DNA of 64,000 nt, from positions 35,690 through 99,689 of the forward strand of contig CAZMHI010000005.1 of NCBI GenBank assembly GCA_964566055.1, read 5' to 3'. The position numbers were made by a program, and so were the translations under genes. The notes under the pieces were generated by a model. It did not search any database. It had not been told where the DNA came from and worked only from the letters and a program-made list of their open reading frames with translations. Positions 1 to 13,676 of the stretch are shown in pieces (within the stretch, counting starts at the first letter, position 1; each line of letters begins with the position of its first letter). Source of the DNA: an uncultured Rhodospirillaceae bacterium. Its GTDB lineage: Bacteria; Pseudomonadota; Alphaproteobacteria; Rhodospirillales; UBA2165.

Positions 1-372
1 GTCGAATGCGATGGCGGCAACTTGCAGAATTTAACCGCCAAAGGGTCCGGCAGCGCCGTCACGGTCTTTCGTGCCAAGCCGGGCGGCAAATCCAAATTAC
101 CGCGATCTCAGTTGACGATCTATGGCACGACGCCATTCGTTTCCTTATCGGCCAAAATATCGAAACTCAATGTCACGCGTCTTGATAAGAAATCGCAACC
201 AATCGCCATAAAAGTCGATGGTGATATCAGTGATTTTGCCAAGCACAAAGTACAGCTTAGCCCGGGTGGTCTTTACCGCATTAAGGCAGGTACAAAAAGT
301 TTGGTCTTCTCGGTTGATCCTTTGGCAGAGGATACCAGCATCTCGCTATTACAAAGACTGATTAAACTTTAA
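1..372 (+). CDS. 3' end of an ORF that runs off the left edge; hypothetical protein, possibly the partner of the downstream CHASE2 cyclase
   Basis: The frame of ORF 22..372 stays open back to base 1. Its stop at 370-372 lies 3 nt before the cyclase ATG at 376. I recognise no motif. FecR-type proteins often precede CHASE2 cyclases, but that cannot be confirmed from this fragment. Confidence 0.4.
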   Translation, partial: VECDGGNLQNLTAKGSGSAVTVFRAKPGGKSKLPRSQLTIYGTTPFVSLSAKISKLNVTRLDKKSQPIAIKVDGDISDFAKHKVQLSPGGLYRIKAGTKSLVFSVDPLAEDTSISLLQRLIKL

Positions 373-375
373 TAC

Positions 376-2508
376 ATGTTCAATAAAACTATTCTTGCCG
401 GGCTCGTCGCCGCACTCATTTCAACAACAGCCCTACTGACACCGGCGACCGACCGCCTGCATGGTCTTTCGCTCGACAGTCTACATTGGTTGCGGCATAT
501 ATTTTTCACACCTGAGCCCAATCCAGCAGATTCGCCCGCTGTGGTTATCGTAATTGATGAAGAAACCTATCGCCGGGAGCCTTTTCGAAACCTGCCCAAA
601 GTAATGTGGAGCAAACAGCTTGCCCAAATTATCAACGCTGTCGTAAACGCTAAGGCGAAAGTCATCGGTCTCGATATAATTCTGCCAACCTCTGTTGAAA
701 AGCACATCAGAGGCTTTGACCGTGACCTCCTGGTCTCTATGCGCCGGGCCAGCCAGCAAAATAAGATTGTCCTCGGCAAAGTTCAGCACCAAGCCAAGCC
801 GATTGCTCCTCACGCCGGTCAAAGTTTCGCCGTTGGCCATCACAAAAATATCCGGGTGGTTAATATTGATGAAGATGTAGATGGCACCATCCGGCGCCTA
901 CCGCTTACGGTTCAAGCGAGCGACCTAAAGAAAGGTATACGCGAAGAACCGGTGATGGCGGTGGAGCTAGCCGCCCGGGCTGTGAAGCAAGCACCAGCCG
1001 TCACCTCTACGGGGGCGTTACAATTTGGTGGAAAGACAGTGCGCGGCACGAAAAACAATCAAATGACGCTTAATTTTGCCGGCGGCAGCCAAGCTATCCC
1101 CGCCTACTCCTTCGCCGATATATTCGCCTGCATCCAAAAAGGTGACACGAGCTTTATTGAGAAAAATTTCAAAGACAAAGTTATTCTTATCGGTACGGCT
1201 TTGGATGAAGAGGACCGCCGCCTCACCTCGAAAAGATTTATCACCGGGCCTGAAAATTTTACTCATGATGCCCGGTGCCACTACCCGGTGGCAAAAGATA
1301 TATATCGGGCTGAATTGGTGCGGGATTCCATTCCCGGAGTGTTTATCCATGCGACAGCGGTTAACAATATTCTGCGCAATAACGCCCTGAGCGAGTTAAC
1401 AAACATAGTCAATGCCGCGATTATTTTTGTAATAGCGCTTTTTGCCGCTTTTTTTACCTTGAGTTATCCGCCCATTAGAGCGGGAATTCTGGCGACGGGC
1501 TTAGGACTGCTTTGGCTGGTGCTGGCAACTTCGGCGTTTGATGCAGGATATGCTGCAACATTAATTGATCCCATACTCGCTGCAGCCCTGACGTTCGCTC
1601 TCTTGCTCGGCTATCGCTTTACAGTTTCAGACAAAGATAAGCGCTATATCAAAAAAGTTTTTTCCTATTATCTGCCGCCTACGGTTATTGAGAAAATGAC
1701 CGCCAGTGACACTCTGCCGACACTTGGCGGGGAAGCGAAGGAAGTGACCATATTGTTTTCCGATATTGCCGGTTTTTCCGCGCTGTCAGAGAATCTAAGC
1801 GCCAGTGACGTCGCTACATTCTTGAACGATTATCTTTCCGAAATGTCGGATATCCTGGAGTCCTATGGCGCCTTTATCGAAAAATTTGTCGCCGATGAGA
1901 TCACGGCGGTCTTTGGCGCGCCTATGGATGACCGCGAGCATGCCCTGCACGCTGTTCAGGCAGCGCTGGCTTGTCAGGAACGGCTTAATCAAATGCAGGG
2001 CGCTTTTGGTCTGCCCGCAGACCGCAAACTTGCAGCCAGGACCGGTATTAACAGTGGTGAAATGCTGGTCGGTAATATCGGCTCGCACCGCCGCTTTACT
2101 TATGCGGCCATGGGGGATGCCGCCAATTTGGGCTCCCGGCTGGAAGGCGCCAATAAATTTTATGGCTCGGAAATTATGGCCGGCGAACGCACGGTAGAAC
2201 TTTGTGGGTCGTCAATTTTATTTCGAGAACTGGATTCGATTGTGGCTATGGGCCGGGAAAATCCTGTAGCGGTTTTCGAGCCACTTGGTGAAATTGCCGA
2301 AGTCTCTGCTGACAAATTAACACTCAAACAAGAATACGAAAAAGCGCTGACGCTCTACCGGACCGGAGATTTTTCTAGGGCGCGCGTCATCTTTGAAGCC
2401 TTGATGACGGATGATTTTGTTTCTGCAGTTATGTCGGAACGCTGCCTCAACCTCCTCGCCATGCCGCCGGAAAATTGGGATGGCAGTTTTGAGCTGAGTA
2501 GTAAGTAG
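376..2508 (+). CDS. Membrane-bound CHASE2-sensor class III adenylate/guanylate cyclase
   Basis: 710 aa. It has an N-terminal signal/TM segment and a periplasmic-type region (VVIVIDEETY...). Three hydrophobic helices follow (IIFVIALFAAFFTL, GLGLLWLVLATSAF, ILAAALTFALLLGY). The cyclase core shows TILFSDIAGFSALSE ... AVFGAP ... RTGINSGEMLVGNIGS ... YAAMGDAANLGSRLEG. Confidence 0.85.
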   Translation: MFNKTILAGLVAALISTTALLTPATDRLHGLSLDSLHWLRHIFFTPEPNPADSPAVVIVIDEETYRREPFRNLPKVMWSKQLAQIINAVVNAKAKVIGLDIILPTSVEKHIRGFDRDLLVSMRRASQQNKIVLGKVQHQAKPIAPHAGQSFAVGHHKNIRVVNIDEDVDGTIRRLPLTVQASDLKKGIREEPVMAVELAARAVKQAPAVTSTGALQFGGKTVRGTKNNQMTLNFAGGSQAIPAYSFADIFACIQKGDTSFIEKNFKDKVILIGTALDEEDRRLTSKRFITGPENFTHDARCHYPVAKDIYRAELVRDSIPGVFIHATAVNNILRNNALSELTNIVNAAIIFVIALFAAFFTLSYPPIRAGILATGLGLLWLVLATSAFDAGYAATLIDPILAAALTFALLLGYRFTVSDKDKRYIKKVFSYYLPPTVIEKMTASDTLPTLGGEAKEVTILFSDIAGFSALSENLSASDVATFLNDYLSEMSDILESYGAFIEKFVADEITAVFGAPMDDREHALHAVQAALACQERLNQMQGAFGLPADRKLAARTGINSGEMLVGNIGSHRRFTYAAMGDAANLGSRLEGANKFYGSEIMAGERTVELCGSSILFRELDSIVAMGRENPVAVFEPLGEIAEVSADKLTLKQEYEKALTLYRTGDFSRARVIFEALMTDDFVSAVMSERCLNLLAMPPENWDGSFELSSK

Positions 2509-2512
2509 AGAA

Positions 2513-6297
<3,785 letters not shown>

Positions 6298-6340
6298 GGG
6301 TGTCGAAATTTCCGTATCTAAATAAAGGGGTTAAAAAATA

Positions 6341-7144
6341 TTACTCAAAAGGCCAATACCACCGGCTCGCTTTTGCCTTAGGCCGGACCGATTTACCTTC
6401 AACGATCTCATAAGAGTCGATATACCATTCGCTGCCGGGAAAATTATGGCCTAAAACAGCAGCCGTCTTCTTCGCCTCAGCAACCAACCCCAAGGACAAA
6501 TAGGATTCGGTCAAGCGATGCAAGGCTTCCGGCACATGGGGCGTTGTCTGGTATTGATCGATGACTTTTTTATAGCGATTAATAGCACCCAAAAACTGCC
6601 CCTGGTTTTCATAATAGCGGCCAATTTCCATTTCTTTACCTGCCAGATGATCGCGGGTGAGATCAATTTTCAGCGCCGCATCCCGGGAATATTTACTATT
6701 GGGAAAGCGGGTGACAATTTCATTAAGCGACTTCAACGCCAATTGGGTCATTTTCTGATCCCGGCCAACATCAGAAATCTGCTCATAATAGGACAGCGAT
6801 TTTAGATAATAAGCATAGGGCACGTCACGGTTTGAAGGATGAATTTGAATAAACCGGTCTAAGGCAATAATCGCATCGTCGTAATCATTATTCTGATAGT
6901 AGCTATAGGCGGACATAAGTTGCGCCTTGGTCGCCCAAACCGAATAGGGATGCTGGCGGTCAACTTCGGCAAAAGCCTTAGCAGCAATTTCATACTCGCC
7001 CTCTTCCAACTGCGCAATCGCCTGATTATACAAGCGTTCGACAGGGGCTTCTTTATAGGTATCTTCCTCGGCTGCACAGGCGGCAAGCATCACGGTAATA
7101 ACAAATACCATCAACACCTGAATTGGTCGTTTCGTGCGATTCAT
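6341..7144 (-). CDS. bamD: Outer-membrane protein assembly factor BamD (YfiO-type TPR lipoprotein)
   Basis: I place the start at the ATG at 7144 (MNRTKRPIQVLMVFVITVMLAAC), which gives a signal peptide with an LAAC lipobox. The body is TPR-like (YNQAIAQLEEGEYEIAAKAF..., YYLKSLSYYEQ). The lpxC-bamD-recN order is typical of alphaproteobacteria. The 21-codon upstream extension in the ORF track is probably not translated. Confidence 0.85.
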   Translation of the reverse strand: MNRTKRPIQVLMVFVITVMLAACAAEEDTYKEAPVERLYNQAIAQLEEGEYEIAAKAFAEVDRQHPYSVWATKAQLMSAYSYYQNNDYDDAIIALDRFIQIHPSNRDVPYAYYLKSLSYYEQISDVGRDQKMTQLALKSLNEIVTRFPNSKYSRDAALKIDLTRDHLAGKEMEIGRYYENQGQFLGAINRYKKVIDQYQTTPHVPEALHRLTESYLSLGLVAEAKKTAAVLGHNFPGSEWYIDSYEIVEGKSVRPKAKASRWYWPFE

Positions 7145-7253
7145 ACGAATTTTAATCCTAATTTCCGCCGTAAAATTGTTAGCTTTAAACTGGCTTGAAT
7201 ATATCATTTTCCGCCAATTTGTCTGCTCAAATCTAGTGTCTGATCTCTAAAAG

Positions 7254-7290
7254 ACGAAAAAAAACCGGCTCTCTTAAAAAACCGGTTTTA
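7254..7290 (-). terminator. Rho-independent terminator downstream of lpxC
   Basis: The minus-strand RNA reads UAAAACCGG-(13 nt)-CCGGUUUUUUUUCG. The AAAACCGG/CCGGUUUU stem (cores 7263-7268 and 7282-7287) is followed by a U8 run and starts about 20 nt after the lpxC stop. Confidence 0.55.
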
Positions 7291-7311
7291 AATCAAACTA
7301 TTTGCGGAATA

Positions 7312-8319
7312 TTAAGCGGTTGCCGCAGCTAAACTTACAATTTCTGCCTCTTTGGCAACAAGATCAGCATCATCAAGCGAATCATCTTCGCTCAGGTCGA
7401 CGTAGCGCCAGGCTGATTGATCAGCAAATAGTGCGCGCAGCAACTGATTGGTTAAAGCATGCCCTGACCGAACGCCTTTAAAGCTGCCCATTATCATGCC
7501 ACCGGATAAATACAGATCACCAACCGCATCAAGTACTTTGTGGCGGACAAATTCATCGTCGTAGCGCAAGCCGTCTTCGTTGAGAACTTTGTCACCTTCA
7601 ACGATAACCGCGTTATCCAAGGAGCCCCCAAGGCCCAATCCGGCAGCCTGGAGTTGCTCAACTTCATGCATAAAGCCAAAGGTGCGAGCGCGGGCGACTT
7701 CTTTTTTGAATGTACCATTGATCATGGTGACGGTAATGGCCTGCTTAGCGACAATTTCGCTGTCGAAATCGATCTCAAAACCAACCGAGAAGGTATCACT
7801 GGGAACAATTTCAGCCATTTTATCGCCGATCTCGACCCGAATGGGTTTAAGAATTTCAATCACCTGACGCGGCGCATCCTGTTCCTGCAATCCTGCACAT
7901 TCAATGAGGAAAACAAAAGGCTGCGCGCTGCCATCCATAACGGGAACTTCAGGACCATTGACGTCGACATAGACATTGTCGACATGGCAGCCCGCCAATG
8001 CGGCCATAAGATGTTCTACGGTCGATATCGTGACGCCATCGTCATTGCCTAGGGTCGTGCACATACGCGTATCGACAACATTATCCCAACTGGCGGCAAT
8101 TTCTTTAGAACCGGGAATATCTGTGCGCCGGAAAACAATGCCGGTATTGGCTTCAGCAGGCCGTAGCGTGAGCGAAACTTTCTCGCCGCTGTGAAGGGCG
8201 ATACCAACGCAATTCATTGTTCTGAGAAGTGTTTTCTGTTTGAGCGAATTCAGCGCGGGTGCCACGGGTGTAGCAGTATCAAAGTCGCCTGAAATTGTGT
8301 CTTGGCCAAGGTGATTCAT
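7312..8319 (-). CDS. lpxC: UDP-3-O-acyl-N-acetylglucosamine deacetylase
   Basis: 335 aa. Motifs are [27 protein letters not shown] and [12 protein letters not shown]. Confidence 0.93.
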   Translation of the reverse strand: MNHLGQDTISGDFDTATPVAPALNSLKQKTLLRTMNCVGIALHSGEKVSLTLRPAEANTGIVFRRTDIPGSKEIAASWDNVVDTRMCTTLGNDDGVTISTVEHLMAALAGCHVDNVYVDVNGPEVPVMDGSAQPFVFLIECAGLQEQDAPRQVIEILKPIRVEIGDKMAEIVPSDTFSVGFEIDFDSEIVAKQAITVTMINGTFKKEVARARTFGFMHEVEQLQAAGLGLGGSLDNAVIVEGDKVLNEDGLRYDDEFVRHKVLDAVGDLYLSGGMIMGSFKGVRSGHALTNQLLRALFADQSAWRYVDLSEDDSLDDADLVAKEAEIVSLAAATA

Positions 8320-8380
8320 ATTGTCTTTTCTAACTAAGGTGTCCCCAAAATCTGGAGCCTTTAGCTTTAGGGTATTGCCC

Positions 8381-8434
8381 TAAAAAGCTTGAGTACTCCG
8401 AGAGTGTTGTAGCAACGCCCCCGTGAGTACTCAA
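8381..8434 (-). terminator. Long hairpin plus U-run after ftsZ; probable ftsZ terminator, or alternatively a pair of palindromic operator sites in front of lpxC
   Basis: TTGAGTACTC (8389-8398) and GAGTACTCAA (8425-8434) form a perfect 10-bp inverted repeat. On the minus strand the hairpin is followed by GCUUUUUA. Each arm also contains the self-palindrome GAGTACTC. Confidence 0.45.
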
Positions 8435-8489
8435 ATCAACTAATATTGCAAAATGTTACGTCTAAATTCGAGCCGAAAATAATTAACTC

Positions 8490-10397
8490 CTAATTGGCCT
8501 GACGCCGTAAAAACGCTGGAATATCAAGGACATCCTCTTCTTCCTGAGTTCCCGTCAGACGATCTTCCGGATCGAGATCACCTAATAAGCTTTGCGGTGG
8601 CGGAATATCCTCTTCGGCCGCTTCTACAGACATTTCTGCCGGCGATTCGGTAATTGATTCTGCCGGTATTTCAGCCACCGTTTCCACCAGCGGTTCCGGT
8701 ATCGCATCGGGCACGGCTTCTACAACCGGTTCAATTGTAGTTTCCTCGATTACCGGTTCCGGCGTCGAAATTGGCTCTGGCTCCGGAATTGGTTCTGGTT
8801 CCGGAATTGGTTCTGGTTCCGGCGCCACTTCGGCGACAATCTCAGGTTCAGGCTCAGGTTCTGGGATTGGTTCCGGAATTGCTTCTGGTTCCGGCGCCAC
8901 CTCACCAACCGCCTCGATTTTCTCTTCGGGTTCCGGCTTCTTAACCTCAGCACGCTTTTTGTCGCCGCGGGCAACACCGGTAACGCGCTCGAACAAGCTA
9001 AGACCAGATTTCTTTGGTGGCTCCTGAACTTCAGGTTCCTTGTGGGCATTCACCATATCCGCCGCGGCAAATGGATCAGCTGGCGTTTCCGGTTCTAATG
9101 CTCCTGTTGTGACGGCAGGTTCGGCCGGTATAAACACGTCTTCATCCTTCTTGATATTCGAAAGAAACGACGGAATTTTATCGTCTTCCGGCAGGGGTGC
9201 TTCTTCTATAACCGGTTCTTCAGCAATAGGTTCTGCTATCGGTTCAGGTTTGACTTCGGTTTCTATCGCCGCCTTTTCCGGACGCGGTATCATATTTACC
9301 GGCGCGACTGCAGCTGGCGGTGCGATTTTTTCAGGCTCTGGTTTTGGCGGCGCATTCAATGCTTTCGGTGTTGCAGTCGCCTGAGTAACGGTCCGGACAA
9401 CCGGTTCGGGCCTCACTCCAGCAACAGATTCGATGCCAGTAGCAACAACTGAAACCCGCACCCGTCCTTCAAGTGCTTCGTCATAAGTTGAGCCGAATAT
9501 AATATTTGATTCGCCGTCAACTTCATCCCGGATGCGATTAGCCGCTTCATCCACTTCAAACAACGTAATGTCGGAACCGGCAGTAATATTGATCAGCACG
9601 CCTTTGGCACCGCTCATCGAAGTGTCATCCAGCAACGGATTAGCAATCGCCTGCTCAGCAGCTTCGGTTGCCCGACGCTCGCCTTCGGCTTCACCAGTAC
9701 CCATCATGGCTTTACCCATCTCACTCATCACCGATTTAATGTCGGCAAAATCGAGATTGATCAGACCCGGCATAACCATCAAATCCGTAACACCGCGAAC
9801 GCCAGAATACAGAACATCGTCAGCCATCTTAAAGGCATCTGCAAAAGTGGTTTTTTCATTGGCGACACGGAATAAATTCTGGTTCGGAATTATCAGCAGC
9901 GTATCGACATAGGCCTGCAATTCTTCCAAGCCAGCTTCGGCCATTTTCATCCGATTAGCGCCCTCGAACTGGAAGGGCTTGGTCACTACGCCGACAGTCA
10001 AAATGCCATATTCACGGGCTGCCTTAGCAATCACCGGGGCTGCACCCGTGCCGGTACCACCGCCGAGACCGGCTGTGATAAACACCATATTGGCATCCCG
10101 CATATGAGAGACAATTTCTTCCATCGATTCTTCGGCAGCAGCGCGGCCGATATCCGGATTAGCGCCGGCACCCAGACCCTGGGTAATATTAATCCCCATC
10201 TGAATGCGCCGCTCCGATTTCGAATGAGCCAAGGCTTGTGCATCAGAATTCGCAACTAAGAATTCGACACCTTCCAAGCCTGATGAAATCATGTTGTTGA
10301 CCGCATTACCGCCCGCGCCGCCGACGCCGATAACTGTAATGCGGGGTTTTAATTCTGACTCAATCGAGCCCGAAGGTAGTGTAAGATTGATGCTCAT
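8490..10397 (-). CDS. ftsZ: Cell division GTPase FtsZ with a very long Pro/Glu-rich C-terminal linker
   Basis: I place the start at the ATG at 10397 (MSINLTLP...), preceded by GGAGG 5 nt upstream. Motifs are [13 protein letters not shown], the tubulin signature [11 protein letters not shown] and the C-terminal conserved peptide [14 protein letters not shown]. The 30-codon upstream extension in the ORF track was rejected. Confidence 0.95.
   Translation of the reverse strand: MSINLTLPSGSIESELKPRITVIGVGGAGGNAVNNMISSGLEGVEFLVANSDAQALAHSKSERRIQMGINITQGLGAGANPDIGRAAAEESMEEIVSHMRDANMVFITAGLGGGTGTGAAPVIAKAAREYGILTVGVVTKPFQFEGANRMKMAEAGLEELQAYVDTLLIIPNQNLFRVANEKTTFADAFKMADDVLYSGVRGVTDLMVMPGLINLDFADIKSVMSEMGKAMMGTGEAEGERRATEAAEQAIANPLLDDTSMSGAKGVLINITAGSDITLFEVDEAANRIRDEVDGESNIIFGSTYDEALEGRVRVSVVATGIESVAGVRPEPVVRTVTQATATPKALNAPPKPEPEKIAPPAAVAPVNMIPRPEKAAIETEVKPEPIAEPIAEEPVIEEAPLPEDDKIPSFLSNIKKDEDVFIPAEPAVTTGALEPETPADPFAAADMVNAHKEPEVQEPPKKSGLSLFERVTGVARGDKKRAEVKKPEPEEKIEAVGEVAPEPEAIPEPIPEPEPEPEIVAEVAPEPEPIPEPEPIPEPEPISTPEPVIEETTIEPVVEAVPDAIPEPLVETVAEIPAESITESPAEMSVEAAEEDIPPPQSLLGDLDPEDRLTGTQEEEDVLDIPAFLRRQAN
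8769..8822 (-). repeat. Three tandem 18-bp units (aattggYtctggYtccgg) inside ftsZ, encoding PEPEPI x3
   Basis: The units lie at 8769-8786, 8787-8804 and 8805-8822. The last two are identical and the first differs at 2 positions. The reverse complement ccggaaccagaaccaatt encodes P-E-P-E-P-I, matching [19 protein letters not shown] in the FtsZ linker. Confidence 0.9.
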
Positions 10398-10533
10398 AAT
10401 GGCCTCCAACTCCAAAACAAATTGCTCACCCGCCGGATATGCTGGCTTCTCCAGCAGAGGAGCGGTTCGTTTCCCCAATTTCCCCAATTGAGAACAAAAT
10501 CACATTGCCCAAGATTCTACGGGCAAAAGGTTA

Positions 10534-11805
10534 CTAAATGTTTTCCTTTATCCATTGTCCAAAACGGCCGAATTTACCGCCCGAAACCTCTATCGTGCGC
10601 GACGACGTCGTTGCTGCCGCACTTCGTTCCTTTAAAATCACTTGTATGAGACCTGCAGGGGCCGCAAACGCAGGCCCATTAACGGATTCAGCCAATCCCT
10701 TAACGTAATTTGGCCTTCCCAAACGGACCTGTTTATCCAACATTTCACCGGCTAATTCGCGCGCTCCGGTCAATTGAGAGGCGCCGCCAGTTAAGACAAC
10801 TCGGCGCGCACCAGCCTTTTCAAACCCGGTTGGCTCCAATTTTTCGCGAACCAACTCATAAATCTCTTCAATGCGCGGCCGGATAATACCCACCAGCATT
10901 GACCGTGAAATTTGATTTTCGCCATCATCCTCCTCACCGACGAGAGGCACTTTGATGACTTCCTGATCGTCTGACGGTGAGGGCACGGCACTGCCGTAAA
11001 GTGTCTTCATGCGCTCGGCATAAGATACCGGTGTCGACAGCCCGCGAGCGATATCATTGGTGACATGATTGCCGCCAAGCGGCACAGAATCAGTGTAAAC
11101 AATTTCACCATCGAAAAAGACCGAGAGGTCGGTCGTGCCGCCGCCCATATCGATACAAATTACGCCGAGCTCTTTTTCGTCTTCAACCAGACTGGCTAAG
11201 CCGGCGGCATAGGGCGCAACGACCCGGGATTCAATATCCAAATGGCAGCGGTTTATGCAGGCAGTCATGTTCCGAAGGGCCCCGGCTGATGCCGTAATAA
11301 CATGCATGTTGACGCCCAGTTTTTCGCCGTACATACCGCGCGGGTCTTTAACGCCGGGATTGCCATCAATGCTATAGGCGACCGGAACGGTATGAATAAT
11401 CTGGCGGTCTTCGGCCTGCTGCGAATACAACCAGGTTGGATCAAGGGCGCGTTTAAGATCGACATCACTTATTTCGTGGCCCGAGATGGCGACATCAAAA
11501 GATATAAGTTTTGAATCCGGAATGCAGCCCGAAACACAGAGCACAACTTCGTTGACATTTTCACCGGCCATTTGCTCCGCCGTCTCTACAGTGGTCCGGA
11601 TTGAATCTTCAACAGCCGCCATATCGACGATGTTGCCGTTCTTGATACCTTTTGACACCTGGTGACCGACGCCGATCACCTCCGCATCACCATTTTCCAA
11701 GGGGCGAGCGATAAAACAGGCAACCTTGGTTGTACCGATATCCAGGGCGGTTATAAGGCCAGTCCGGCTGGCCGATTTAGTGGGCGCTTTCTGTATCATA
11801 TTCAA
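10534..11805 (-). CDS. ftsA: Cell division protein FtsA (actin-like ATPase)
   Basis: 423 aa. Motifs are ALDIGTTKVACF and IDMGGGTTDLSVF. It sits between ftsQ and ftsZ. Confidence 0.93.
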   Translation of the reverse strand: MNMIQKAPTKSASRTGLITALDIGTTKVACFIARPLENGDAEVIGVGHQVSKGIKNGNIVDMAAVEDSIRTTVETAEQMAGENVNEVVLCVSGCIPDSKLISFDVAISGHEISDVDLKRALDPTWLYSQQAEDRQIIHTVPVAYSIDGNPGVKDPRGMYGEKLGVNMHVITASAGALRNMTACINRCHLDIESRVVAPYAAGLASLVEDEKELGVICIDMGGGTTDLSVFFDGEIVYTDSVPLGGNHVTNDIARGLSTPVSYAERMKTLYGSAVPSPSDDQEVIKVPLVGEEDDGENQISRSMLVGIIRPRIEEIYELVREKLEPTGFEKAGARRVVLTGGASQLTGARELAGEMLDKQVRLGRPNYVKGLAESVNGPAFAAPAGLIQVILKERSAAATTSSRTIEVSGGKFGRFGQWIKENI

Positions 11806-11807
11806 AC

Positions 11808-12764
11808 TTACGTATCTCTTTCGCTGATCAAGCGGCCACCGGGATGACGGTTGGGCCGGTTATAAGGCCGGGATTTGGGTTTCTGTTTTCGCTTTGGCAG
11901 ATTTGGCACGATATCGAACTTCTCATCAGGCGAGCCCTTCTTTACTTCACGGATGACAATTCGATCGGCCAGTCTCAAATCCACACTGATTAAATCCCGG
12001 GACAACAAGGCATATTTTTGGTTGAGCTCAGCCAAATGACTCCAGGCAGCACCCGGATCATCTTCCGGCAACTGTATTTTAATTTTATTAATTAGGTGAA
12101 GATTCCAGCGGCGCGCACCAACTCGCACTGCCGCTCTAACCTGGCTCGCCAATTTAGGTTCCGCCGCCAATACTTCAAACAACACGGCTGCATGACGCGG
12201 CGCATCTTTACCGATAATGACGATTAGATTGGTATAATTGCTGACATCTTTCAGTGGGATCAGCTCACCGTTGGTATCAATGAGAGAGAATTTTCCGCCA
12301 CGCTGCCATAATGCCATCGGTCGCCGCTCGTTCAATTGCAGATGAACAACATCCGGCAATTGCCGTTCAATCACCGCATGGCGTACCCAGGGCAGCGCCT
12401 CGACCCGTTCACGCGCCGCTTGCGGATCAAAAGCCAAGATCGGCGCCCCACGCTCAAGCCGCAGCGCCTTCAAGAGGCTTTTCCGGGGCGTCTCGAAGCG
12501 GCCTTCAACAAATATTTCTCGAACCGAAAAGCCGGTTTTGGCAGCACCTGCAATGATCATCCATTTAGCCCGCTCAGCCGTGGTTTGCACCCAGCCACTT
12601 TGCCAGACCCACCAACCGGCAAGGCTGGCACTGGAGATGATGACCAGTACATAACCGGTGACAAACAAGGGACTGCGCCACAGCGGTTTGACGCGCCGGC
12701 GTTTTTGGCCCCGCTTGCTGCTTGCCTTTTTAGGGGCGGCATCGGCTTTGCTAAACCATGCCAC
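11808..12764 (-). CDS. ftsQ: Cell division protein FtsQ
   Basis: 318 aa. It has a basic N-terminus, a single TM helix (FVTGYVLVIISSASLAGWWVW) and a POTRA-like region (VREIFVEGRFETPRKSLL). It sits between ddl and ftsA. Confidence 0.85.
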   Translation of the reverse strand: MAWFSKADAAPKKASSKRGQKRRRVKPLWRSPLFVTGYVLVIISSASLAGWWVWQSGWVQTTAERAKWMIIAGAAKTGFSVREIFVEGRFETPRKSLLKALRLERGAPILAFDPQAARERVEALPWVRHAVIERQLPDVVHLQLNERRPMALWQRGGKFSLIDTNGELIPLKDVSNYTNLIVIIGKDAPRHAAVLFEVLAAEPKLASQVRAAVRVGARRWNLHLINKIKIQLPEDDPGAAWSHLAELNQKYALLSRDLISVDLRLADRIVIREVKKGSPDEKFDIVPNLPKRKQKPKSRPYNRPNRHPGGRLISERDT

Positions 12765-12776
12765 TATGTGTCACCC

Positions 12777-13676
12777 TTAATCATCAGTGTCTGCATTCTC
12801 CACGAGCCAGCTTACCAACTCGTTAAACGAAATATTTGCGTGCGCTGCCTGCTCCGGCACCAGGGAGGTCGGCGTCATGCCGGGTTGGGTGTTTACTTCC
12901 AGCATAAATAGGTCTTTGCCGTCATAGCGAATATCGGCACGGGACACGCCCCGACACCCCAGACATTCATGAGCCAGCACTGAAATTCGCATCGCTTCGT
13001 CATAAACTTTTTTCGGAATATCGGCGGGTATTTGGTGCTCAGAGCCACCATCAGCATATTTAGCGTCATAGTTATAAAAACCGTGACCGGTGGTTATCTC
13101 TGTGACCGCTAAAGCCTGCTCTCCCATGACCGATACGGTGAGCTCACGACCAGGAATAAATTTCTCAACCATCACAGAGCGGCCAAAGCTCCAGTCTTCT
13201 GCGCTTGGCAGGTAATTATCACCTTCCATGACAATGTGAACGCCGACGCTGGATCCTTCGTTGTAGGGTTTGACAACAAAAGGCGGCTCCATAACTCCGG
13301 CAATAAGCTCTTCACGGCTGACAATTTTATGTTCGGCGACCTTAATGCCAACCGCTTCAAAAACCGATTTCGCCACCGGCTTATCCATCGCTAAAGCCGA
13401 GGCCAATACGCCTGAATGGGTGTAAGGGATATCCAAAATATTAAGCAAACCTTGGATGCAGCCATCTTCACCGTAGCGGCCATGCAGGGCATTAAAGACG
13501 GCATCCGGTTTGGGATAGAGCCGGGTCAACAAAGCGCCAACGTCGCGCTGTACATCAATCGAAGTCACCTGGTAACCGGCTTCAACTAAACCGTTGCTGA
13601 CAGCCGCTCCGCTCACCAGCGAAACCTCCCGCTCAGCCGACCAGCCGCCCATCAATACCGCTACATGCCGCGTCAT
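12777..13676 (-). CDS. ddl: D-alanine--D-alanine ligase
   Basis: I place the start at the ATG at 13676 ([19 protein letters not shown]), which overlaps the murB TGA as ATGA. Motifs are HGRYGEDGCIQGLL and EVNTQPGMT. The 19-codon upstream extension was rejected. Confidence 0.93.
   Translation of the reverse strand: MTRHVAVLMGGWSAEREVSLVSGAAVSNGLVEAGYQVTSIDVQRDVGALLTRLYPKPDAVFNALHGRYGEDGCIQGLLNILDIPYTHSGVLASALAMDKPVAKSVFEAVGIKVAEHKIVSREELIAGVMEPPFVVKPYNEGSSVGVHIVMEGDNYLPSAEDWSFGRSVMVEKFIPGRELTVSVMGEQALAVTEITTGHGFYNYDAKYADGGSEHQIPADIPKKVYDEAMRISVLAHECLGCRGVSRADIRYDGKDLFMLEVNTQPGMTPTSLVPEQAAHANISFNELVSWLVENADTDD

Noticed and set aside
8640-8960. Short regularly spaced repeats (ggttccgg / ggttctgg) that look superficially like a repeat array or VNTR.
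   Set aside because: They are in frame within ftsZ and encode the Pro-Glu-rich linker. There are no unique spacers of CRISPR-like length and no noncoding context.
10398-10487. N-terminal extensions in the ORF track for ftsZ (to 10487), ddl (to 13733), bamD (to 7207), murD (to 19815), mraZ (to 27365), petA (to 46596), MFS (from 58042), the small membrane protein (from 56199) and the STAS-like protein (to 63388).
   Set aside because: Internal starts give canonical N-termini, and some have Shine-Dalgarno-like sequences or ATGA coupling. They also remove overlaps with the neighbouring genes. The extensions show no resemblance to the respective families.
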